Shown: one piece after another, positions 55,971 through 64,000 of the stretch
Layout: each line of letters opens with the position of its first letter
How positions within the stretch are numbered: the first letter of the stretch is position 1
From: Mayamaea pseudoterrestris
Taxonomy: Eukaryota
Assembly (NCBI GenBank): GCA_027923505.1
Contig: BROI01000007.1
Location: 868,001-932,000 of the forward strand
Length of the DNA stretch: 64,000 bases
Direction: 5' to 3'
Notes under the pieces: model-generated
Told to the model about the DNA's origin: nothing
Seen by the model: the letters and a program-made list of their open reading frames with translations, nothing else
Databases searched by the model: none
Program-made: the position numbers and the translations under genes

Positions 55971-58247
55971 ATGCCAGTGCTACGCTTGCTCTTGCTGGGC
56001 TTCTCGGCCGGCTCGCTGGCCTTTCAGGCTCCGCAGAGACGTTTTCCGAATGCGATTCAATCGGCAACGTTTCAAACGTCACCACTGCATTCAGCATTCT
56101 TCTCCGTGTTAACTCCGCCAAAACACTCTTCATGGACCAGACTTTCTGCGACTGATTCAAACGACAGTGAGAGTAACGACGAAGCACCAAAAAAGAAGAA
56201 GAAACCCATCAAGAAAAAGCCCGACGCGCAGCCGCCAGCACTCTCCAAGGAGGATCTCGTCAAATCGATTGGAGAGCAAATGCGCAGCAAGCGCCAACAA
56301 TCACCAGAATCAAGCAGTGGCGCCGACTTGTTGAACATGTTGAATCCCTTCAAGGCGGGCCAGAATTTGCGCAAAACCATTGACGGTGCCATTACGTCAG
56401 TCAACGTTGTTCCAAAGGAAAATTCCATTTACTATGTTGGCGATCGACTCATGGAAGGAACGGCAGCTGCAGGTAGCAGCAGCAGCGAACTTAGTCGACT
56501 TGGTCAAGACGACTTTGTTCCAGAAGTATTGGTGGTGGGAGCCACGGGAGAGGTTGGTCGCATGGTGGTGCGGCGGTTGCTGCTGGATGGGCGGTTTCGG
56601 GTCCGCGTCTTGGTGCGCGACTTGTACACGGAGACGCTCAATCTGCTTGGCACGGGTGTGACGTATTGTCAAGGCGATTTGGCGAACATTGATAGTTTGG
56701 AGTACGCATTGACGGATGTGGATAAGATTGTCTTTTGCGCGGGAGCGCCGCGGCCGGATGAAGGACAGTTTCAGGAAAAGTTCAAGGCGTTCGTCGAGGA
56801 AACGCTCACGACGGAGACGCGCGAAACAGCCGAGGCGCAATTGAAGCAAGGCGGGGATGCAGCAGTCGCAAAATCAAACATGGAGTGGGAGCAGCTCGAG
56901 TCGGTGGTGCAAGTGCGAGCGCGACTTGCCGAGCAGGTTGACATGATTGGTCTCCAGAATTTGCTAAGGGCCTATCAGAATGTTCGTCACGCTGACTATG
57001 GAACTTCGCAAGCTGCCAAGCGATCCTTGTTTAAGTTTCAGGATCGTCCTGACGATTTTAATTTATTTGCCATTGACATGGGTGATGAGGAAATGAATGA
57101 TGAGGTCAAGTCATACGCAGACTACGGGAACTATTACGAGGAGATGGACGCGGAGGATGCATACGGCGATGAGTATGATGACGCTTACGCGACAACCAGC
57201 GTGGAACTCAAAAAGGATACAAAGGTGACATCGCAGGCGCAATGGATACGTAATCAGTTTGAGCACGGTGTGTTCGTCGGCAAGGTTCCTAAGGCGATTG
57301 GAACTGCTAGCAAGGGTGGCGAAGCAGCCATTGTCAGCACGCGTTTGCGTTCACGTGACGACCCCGAAAATGGGATTGATCTCAGTGCCGGCTTCGCTGG
57401 TTTCATTTTACGACTTTGTTCTGATGGTGGAAAGTATGAGATTTTTGTTCGGACCAAGGAGTTCTACGAAAAGGGAGTGGAGTATGTTTGTAACTTTTCC
57501 ACGGTAACGAAGCCAACGGGCAAGAATAAATCATCGAACAAGTTTGTAACTGTACGCTGTCCCTTTGAAGATTTCAAGCCAGTAGTCCGCGGTACGGAAG
57601 GCGACTCGGTGGAAGGCATCCCAACCTTCCGAGGGCAGGATGTCCGCAACATTGGCTTCCGCTACAGCAGCTCAAGTAACGCAATGAAATCCAAACTTGA
57701 ACCTGGTCAGTGGAGCTCCTTTTACCTTGCACTTTGCTACATGAAGCTGTATCGATCACAACCAGAGCCCGAGTTTGTCTATTTGAGCGACGCACGCATC
57801 CCTCCCGTTGTTCGATCGAACATGGTCAGCCACGCAACGCGGAAACTACTTGCCTTGGCAGACGAAAATGAGGGCGTCCGATTGCTGGATGATGCAACCA
57901 TGAAGACGGTGGCTAGCGACACCAAAGTGCGCAGCGAGGAAGAAACTTACTACAAGTTTCGCGGGGAAGAAATGATCAAGAGCAGCGGTCTGAGTTACTC
58001 AATTATCAGAGTCAGCGGTTACAACGAGTCACCGAGCGGTGATCTTAGTACGATTGATTTGAGCGCCAACAACGAAGACGTGACGGCTGTTTCACGGACG
58101 GATGTTGCCCAGGTTTGTGTCAGCGCGCTATTAGACCCAAATGCACTAAATAAAAGCTTTTACATGCGGAAAAAGAAGGGAAGCTCTATGGATGAAAATA
58201 TAGCTGGCAAATTTGCTGCGCTCCCCAAGGATCAGCTTGTAGTTTAA
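55971..58247 (+). CDS. Atypical SDR with CIA30-like insertion (HCF173-like), probably plastid-targeted
   Basis: SLA-F presequence; VLVVGATGEVG, DLSAGFAGFILRLCSDG, EEMIKSSGLSYSIIR, SRTDVAQVCV. Confidence 0.8.
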   Translation: MPVLRLLLLGFSAGSLAFQAPQRRFPNAIQSATFQTSPLHSAFFSVLTPPKHSSWTRLSATDSNDSESNDEAPKKKKKPIKKKPDAQPPALSKEDLVKSIGEQMRSKRQQSPESSSGADLLNMLNPFKAGQNLRKTIDGAITSVNVVPKENSIYYVGDRLMEGTAAAGSSSSELSRLGQDDFVPEVLVVGATGEVGRMVVRRLLLDGRFRVRVLVRDLYTETLNLLGTGVTYCQGDLANIDSLEYALTDVDKIVFCAGAPRPDEGQFQEKFKAFVEETLTTETRETAEAQLKQGGDAAVAKSNMEWEQLESVVQVRARLAEQVDMIGLQNLLRAYQNVRHADYGTSQAAKRSLFKFQDRPDDFNLFAIDMGDEEMNDEVKSYADYGNYYEEMDAEDAYGDEYDDAYATTSVELKKDTKVTSQAQWIRNQFEHGVFVGKVPKAIGTASKGGEAAIVSTRLRSRDDPENGIDLSAGFAGFILRLCSDGGKYEIFVRTKEFYEKGVEYVCNFSTVTKPTGKNKSSNKFVTVRCPFEDFKPVVRGTEGDSVEGIPTFRGQDVRNIGFRYSSSSNAMKSKLEPGQWSSFYLALCYMKLYRSQPEPEFVYLSDARIPPVVRSNMVSHATRKLLALADENEGVRLLDDATMKTVASDTKVRSEEETYYKFRGEEMIKSSGLSYSIIRVSGYNESPSGDLSTIDLSANNEDVTAVSRTDVAQVCVSALLDPNALNKSFYMRKKKGSSMDENIAGKFAALPKDQLVV

Positions 58248-58289
58248 TTTGCGATGCCACCGCCTTACTGTTAAGCTAAATTGCATATT

Positions 58290-59664
58290 TTACTTTTTCT
58301 TGAAAAATCCCATGAGACTACCTTGCTTCATCGACGCCGCGTTCTTTTTGCTCGCCACCGGCTTTGGTGCCGCCTTCTTGGCGACCACTGGCGCGACCTT
58401 TACTTCTTCTTCATCGGAAGGAATGTCTTCCCATATTTCCTGTGTTTCTGTATGCAAGTAGCCAGAAGCATCCATGGTTGTCTTTTCCACTAGCTTTTTG
58501 CGGCGGCGCTTGTGCGCCGTGCCTCCATTGCTCGCAGCGTCCTTCTTGGTGGCAAACGCATCCATCGCGCCCGACGCAACGGGCTCGTCCTTGCGCTTCG
58601 TTCGCGACTTTTTTGTGGTTTCCTTGACTGCAGCCGGCTCATCGTCGCTGCTGTCGTCAATCGTCAAATGTTGTTTCTTGCTCGTCTTGGCCGCTGCTTT
58701 GGTGTCGAGCGGTTGGCTGTCATCGTCCGACTCGTACTCAGCATGCGATTGGTGCTTGTGGTCCATTTCTTCATCGTCGCTCTCCTCATCTCCGACAAAG
58801 TTATCATCGACAATGCCAACCTTGCTGCTGCCTCTTGCCTTGGATACAGAATTCTCCTTCTCCTCCGATTTCGCAGATGCAACAGGTGGATGATTGCTGG
58901 CAGTCTTTGTAGTAGCTGGCTTGCTTTCAGCTTCCTTCTTCTTGTTGCTCGCTGCTGCCTTGGCGCTGAAAAAGCTAGCTGCCGTGGTAGTCTTTTTCGG
59001 TCCTCCTCGCGTTGCAATTGGCGCTGCCGAAACAGTTGTTGCCTCCACATCCATGGCATGTTCACCAGACGATGACCCAATGCGAATGCTTTCATCATAG
59101 GCGGCTCGTACCAATGGACTAGGTTGAATGAGATCGAACCGAGCCGTTTCGGATAATATCGTCGACAAGTGGTTGTCGGTTACCAAGTCGCGAAAGTGCG
59201 CCATTTCGCGCTCGTGAGCCGCGGAAAGGCTTTCGCAATGTTGCTCCTGCTGCGCGCCGTCCTTGGTCATCATGGCGAGTGAATACAAGAATTTGCTGCT
59301 GCTGCCAGAATCATTTGTTTTGCTGTAAGGTTCCTCGGTCAGGCGAAATACTGGCATGCGACGTAAAAGAGACAAGATTTAAGCGCAGCTTCTTGCAACG
59401 AATCCAACATTCTAACATAGACCTACCAGTACATGGAACGTCGTCGTCATGATCATTTTTCAGCATTTCCTTCTCCCGCGTCACGTAGTGGGCTTGATAG
59501 TTTCGGTTTCCCGCCTTTGTTGCCGTTTCCTCGAGCATTCTGGAGGCTTGCGACTGCGACACTTCCAGTTTGCGTGCAAGGCCAGTGATACTGACGCACT
59601 CGAGTTCGTCGTGAAGCATGGAAGCGACAAAGCGCTGCTGCTGTTGTTCAGACATTTTTGACAT
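58290..59664 (-). CDS. POLD3: DNA polymerase delta subunit 3 (Pol32/Cdc27-like); exons 59664-59427, 59350-58290
   Basis: N-terminal LARKLEVSQSQASRML, DASGYLHTE, and terminal PIP box QGSLMGFF. Confidence 0.85.
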
Positions 59665-59977
59665 GATTACCTTCTATTGGAGAAAGCGCAAAGGTGAGAA
59701 GTAGAAGTAGGAGAAGAGCAGCATGATGTTCGATGAGCAACGAGAGAGAAAAAGTCACACCCTTTACGTTGGTGCTATTAGTCTTGCAGTATAGTCAAAA
59801 GCTTACCAGGGGTTTTGAGATGTGATGTGAGACGCTATGATACGCTATAATGTTCTTGCTTGTCTAGCCCGTGTCGTTTGCTGCTTGTGGACGGACGGCA
59901 ACGAGCGAATGTCATGGTGGCGCGCATTGGTTCGCGCGCCGCGCCAAGCTAACCCCTAACTCTAACTCACGATTCTA

Positions 59978-59998
59978 TTTTCGCGCCATTTTTTCGAA
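59978..59998. promoter_or_regulatory. E2F-like site followed by a CHR-like element in the POLD3/NECAP divergent promoter
   Basis: ttttcgcgccattttttcgaa; further GCGCGC-type motifs at 59918-59947. Confidence 0.45.
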
Positions 59999-60132
59999 TG
60001 GATCTTGCATGACCGCGACTCGAATGACCCTCTCCACCATGACGACGACATGGCTGTCCAAGATCAAACCGAGTTTCGATATTGCACAACCTCTTTGAAC
60101 TTGCTTGCGACAAGCGTTTAAAAATCCGAACC

Positions 60133-60959
60133 ATGGACGACTTTGATATGGGATTGGTGAGTGCCTCACTTCGCTCGATTTTCTCTGCGACTCGTAAAGA
60201 TTGAAACCGTTGTCAACACGAATCTTGTCATGCAACGGTATCGGCCACCAAGGGTACTTTTCGGTAGAACTTAATGCTGATCTCTATGTGAGCAGTTTGT
60301 TTCAACCTCTCACCTAAATGTTGCTGCATTGTATATCAACAGCTCGATGACGACACCTACAAGGTGAACGTTCTTCGACAGAAAATGCTTGGAATCGCAC
60401 CAGTCTTCATGTATCGCATTCCATCAGCAAAGGCAAACGGTGTCGAATACTTGTAAGTATGGTTGTGTGAATTTGGAGCTGGCGACTAGCAGATGCTTTT
60501 TGCAAAGCGATTCTAGGCAATGTTTTTCGCTTTGGGCTTTGGCTAATTGTTTCCTCCATTCGACATTTTCACATTTCTTACTCATGCAGAGCCGACGAAT
60601 GGAATTTACGAAAACCATTGCAGCAATGCAGTCTACGCGTCGAGCGTCGAGGAGGCATTCTCCTCGTTGTCTTTACCTTTCAAAAGGAAGGCAAGCCTGG
60701 AAGTACACTCTTTGCCTTGTGCAAGATTGATTTGGAGTCGAGTGGCTTGCCATTGGAGCATTGGGTCAAGCCATGCGGTGACTCGAGTCGATACTTTGCT
60801 GTGCGAGTGACGGATGAAGCGGGTGGGCGGGAAGCTGTCGTTGGATTGGGATTCCGAGAGCGTGATGAAGCGGCAGACTTTGTGCAGTGCTTGACAAACT
60901 ATCAGAGCGCGATTTCGCGGGAACGTCTGGCCAAGGCGGAGCAAATGGCTTATCAGTAA
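60133..60959 (+). CDS. NECAP-like (DUF1681) endocytic adaptor; exons 60133-60156 (tentative), 60343-60452, 60590-60959
   Basis: VFMYRIP, ADEWNL, LFALC, DSSRYFAVRV, VGLGFRERDEAADF. Confidence 0.85.
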
Positions 60960-61352
60960 ATTTAATAAGGCTGTATTGTATGTCAGACGTATAGAATTAC
61001 TCTGACTGTAAAGTACGATAGCAGCGCACCTCCTGCTGCAATTGCTCACCCAATCTTTTAGCCCACTTTTGCTACAAAATAGATTTATTTTTAAGCATGG
61101 AACGGGTAAGGCATGCTCTGCAAATAAATGGTAGATACGGGTACTCCCACATAGCTAATTTGATACGAGTAGTGAGTATGAAGGTGATCGTTAGCTCGTC
61201 CGTTTCGCTTCGCCGGTCATTATTTTGTGACACATCTTCATTCGCACGTGACGCCAAAATGCCTCCGCTAAACCAGAGATCCATTGCACACAACCATCAT
61301 ATCCAAATCCTGTTTGCCCAGTAAAACAAGCAAGTCATTGTATACAACTACC

Positions 61353-62399
61353 ATGTCCTCGTCTGAAGATGATAGCGACGATAGCGACGATGAGGGCGCC
61401 GGAGGACTTGCCGCGTACATGGCCAAGACGCAGCAAAAGAAGGGAGACATTACTCGCTTCGAAGGCTTTGACGAAGGCGATGAAGGTTCCGTGGTAGACA
61501 TGTTCAAGCAAGTCCTGGCCTTGCGGGAGCAACTAGGAATTGATAACGACAAGGAGTTTTGCGAGGAGCAACAGCGAAAGGAGGCAGAGCGCCGGAAGCT
61601 GGAAATGATGACGGTGGAGGAACGCATGGCCTACGAGGAGAAAAAGACTCGCGAAAAGATGGAAGACATTCGACGACAAGCTGAGGAACGTAAACGACTG
61701 GCGGCGGAAAAGGCAGCATCAGAGCCAAAAGTTGCAGCGGCTCCAGCGCCTGCTCCAGCGCCCGCACCAGCTCCTGCTCCTGAAGCTACAGAACGTAGTG
61801 TTCCAGTTGCCGATGAAGCAGCCGTCGCCGAAACCAAGTCCACCCCTCCACCTCCTGCCGAGGTCGTTGAGGAAGCCGATGTTGTCGAAGACGATGGCGA
61901 AACCAAGAAAAAGAAGAAGAAAAAGAAACTCAAGGACGGCGAGGAGGAAATTGTGTCACCTGGTGCAGCGGGCGACGGCGAGAAGAAGAAGAAAAAGAAA
62001 CCCAAGGATGGAGAAATTGCTGCTGCACCCATTGATGATGGAGAGGGCGAGAAAGAAAAGAAGAAGAAAAAGAAGAAACTCAAGGATGATGAAGAAGTCG
62101 CTCCAGTTGCTGACGAGGGCGATGGCGAAAAGAAGAAGAAAAAGAAGAAGGCCAAGGACGGCGAGGACGCAGCAGCACCCACTGAAGACGGCGAAGGCGA
62201 AAAGGAGAAGAAAAAGAAGAAGTCCAAGGACGGCGAGGACGCAGCAGCACCCACTGAAGATGGCGACGGCGAAAAGGAGAAGAAAAAGAAAAAGAAGAAA
62301 GTAAAGGAAGGCGAGGAGGAAGCTGCTGTTGAAGCTGGGGATGAGAAGGAGAAGAAGAAAAAGAAGAAGGTCAAGAAGAAGGAAAGCGACGACGAATGA
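61353..62399 (+). CDS. Lys/Glu-rich low-complexity repeat protein
   Basis: Acidic N-terminus, coiled coil, (AP)n linker and repeated DGEGEKEKKKKKK units. Confidence 0.8.
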   Translation: MSSSEDDSDDSDDEGAGGLAAYMAKTQQKKGDITRFEGFDEGDEGSVVDMFKQVLALREQLGIDNDKEFCEEQQRKEAERRKLEMMTVEERMAYEEKKTREKMEDIRRQAEERKRLAAEKAASEPKVAAAPAPAPAPAPAPAPEATERSVPVADEAAVAETKSTPPPPAEVVEEADVVEDDGETKKKKKKKKLKDGEEEIVSPGAAGDGEKKKKKKPKDGEIAAAPIDDGEGEKEKKKKKKKLKDDEEVAPVADEGDGEKKKKKKKAKDGEDAAAPTEDGEGEKEKKKKKSKDGEDAAAPTEDGDGEKEKKKKKKKVKEGEEEAAVEAGDEKEKKKKKKVKKKESDDE

Positions 62400-62538
62400 T
62401 CGCCTTCATTAAAGTGTTCTAGATTATTACTTTGTTAACGTGACAATTAGTAATAAGGTAGAGTGCTATTGTGAATGTAAAGTCGAGTCAGTGTATAGGC
62501 CCATACAACGGCGTTGGATATACAATGATGCATGTCTA

Positions 62539-63852
62539 CTACGAGTCAAACAGAGCCTTGCCCCATGCATCCGCAACTTCGCCGAGCAAAGCTTTATCAA
62601 TCTCCGTACCCAGCCAGTGCGTACCAATGTGATCAAAATGGGTGACTTTGGCCGAATGTTCCTTCAGCTTGGCGAGAAGATCCAAACACTCATCCATCAA
62701 CGGGTCGGCGCGATTTGTCGACAGAATAAACTGTGGAGCGTCGGGACCATTTAAACCCATTGGCAAGTCTATCTGAGGCGTAATGAGACGCTCCATTGAC
62801 GATCCCTTCCACTTGCACTCGTTCCATGTGGTTCTGTTCGAGTCAATGCCCAGTATCTCCGACCTGGACAAGGTCGCTTCCGATTCTGGTTTCTTGTCCT
62901 TGCTTGGCAGCAGCTCCAAGTATGCTTGCCATCCCCATCGAAGAAAGCCAGTGGTCGGCAAGTGAGACGATTTCTGGTTCATGTAGTAGCTGAGCGAGTC
63001 TCCTTTCGGGTCAATGTAGGCAGTACCAATGAATGCCGACGCAATGCGACCTGGGTACTTTCGGACGCACTCCATGGCTACAATGGCTGACAGCGACCCG
63101 CCCGCAGACAAGCCCGAAAGATGAATCTTTCTATCTGGACATTGATCCAAAATGTAGGAAACAACTGTCAAGGCATCCTCGGGAGCAGCTGGAAAGGGAA
63201 ACTCTGGTGCCAGTCTGTACTCAACGCTGGCGAGTATCAGTGGCTTGTTGTGCTTCTCCAACATTGCCGGAACAAGCGTCACCCAGCCAGAGCAAGCTTC
63301 ACCAAGAACAAAGGCACCACCATGAAAGAAAATGGTGAGCGGAATATCTGGTGGCAGGATTAAAAGATTTTCTAGTACGACCTTTCGGAATCCATGCTCG
63401 GTTTCTTCCTGAATGGTGACGCCACTTTCGATGCCCTCCAAAATAGACATCGGAAAGAAGAGATGAACATCAATGCCAGACTCGGTCGATATCTTGCTCG
63501 ACGGTCCGTCGAATCCCCACTCTTTGAGAGTATTTGGATTTCGCGGCACTTGCAAGATAACATGAGCAATTTCACATTCCGCCGCCTTGCTCCAAGCCTT
63601 GGAACAGGCTGCCATTCCCATTTGCAGTGCCTTGGTGGCAAAACCACCAGACCTTGCCTTTAGCAGTACATCATTTGGTTCATGGGCCGAATAGTTGACT
63701 AGTTTGTGAATGGGAAGCAAAAAGGAAACCAAGTAGGAAGCAATAAAGTCGGTCCATGATTGGGCCGGGTGGCGCCACGCGCTGTGAGGCGCAGGGAGTG
63801 GCTCATCGTTATCCTTCACTTCTTGGTTGCTATTGTTGATGTAGGTAGACAT
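62539..63852 (-). CDS. Alpha/beta hydrolase, hormone-sensitive lipase family
   Basis: HGGAF, YRLAPEFPFPAA, GLSAGG, DPLMD and the C-terminal His. Confidence 0.92.
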   Translation of the reverse strand: MSTYINNSNQEVKDNDEPLPAPHSAWRHPAQSWTDFIASYLVSFLLPIHKLVNYSAHEPNDVLLKARSGGFATKALQMGMAACSKAWSKAAECEIAHVILQVPRNPNTLKEWGFDGPSSKISTESGIDVHLFFPMSILEGIESGVTIQEETEHGFRKVVLENLLILPPDIPLTIFFHGGAFVLGEACSGWVTLVPAMLEKHNKPLILASVEYRLAPEFPFPAAPEDALTVVSYILDQCPDRKIHLSGLSAGGSLSAIVAMECVRKYPGRIASAFIGTAYIDPKGDSLSYYMNQKSSHLPTTGFLRWGWQAYLELLPSKDKKPESEATLSRSEILGIDSNRTTWNECKWKGSSMERLITPQIDLPMGLNGPDAPQFILSTNRADPLMDECLDLLAKLKEHSAKVTHFDHIGTHWLGTEIDKALLGEVADAWGKALFDS

Positions 63853-63966
63853 GTTTCGTTTGTAAAACTGTCTTGATTGCGTTTGTTTTGCTTGCAGCTT
63901 TGGCTTGGCTGACTTGAATGGAGGGCTTTCCAATCCATGAGTTCTGCCGAAACGGGGAGCGCGCGC

Positions 63967-63975
63967 TTTCCCGCC
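63967..63975. promoter_or_regulatory. Consensus E2F-type site TTTCCCGCC
   Basis: Exact motif preceded by gcgcgc; the target gene may lie beyond the window. Confidence 0.35.
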
Positions 63976-64000
63976 ACGAATATAGTCGGATCGGTATACA

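Noticed and set aside
61631..62374. Poly-Phe minus-strand ORF
   Set aside because: Antisense of the poly-Lys gene

Overview
Compact eukaryotic nuclear DNA, most consistent with a pennate (probably raphid) diatom. The basis is short GT-AG introns, bipartite ASAF-type plastid presequences, RXL propeptides, KxxK motifs and a DUF6824-type protein. About 29 protein-coding genes are supportable; I found no rRNA, tRNA or CRISPR array. The first 11 kb hold three tandem minus-strand genes for mucin-like type-I membrane proteins: signal peptide, silaffin-like Lys cluster, long Pro/Thr/Ser stalk, transmembrane (TM) helix and tail. Two of them also share a juxtamembrane domain and tail motifs. The rest is mostly housekeeping genes (PPR, uL11m, eRF1, calmodulin-like, rhodanese, ATE1, MTD1, SUN, TyrP-like, GCN5, sHSP, KLHDC4, SpoU, HCF173-like, POLD3, NECAP, esterase). 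Other notable items are an RXL-type membrane protein with two degenerate 2H-phosphoesterase-like repeats, a gene bracketed by ~107-bp inverted repeats, intergenic enrichment of TACCGGTA, and a GC-AG intron plus micro-exon in GCN5. Exon boundaries and family calls were made by eye; no searches were run.
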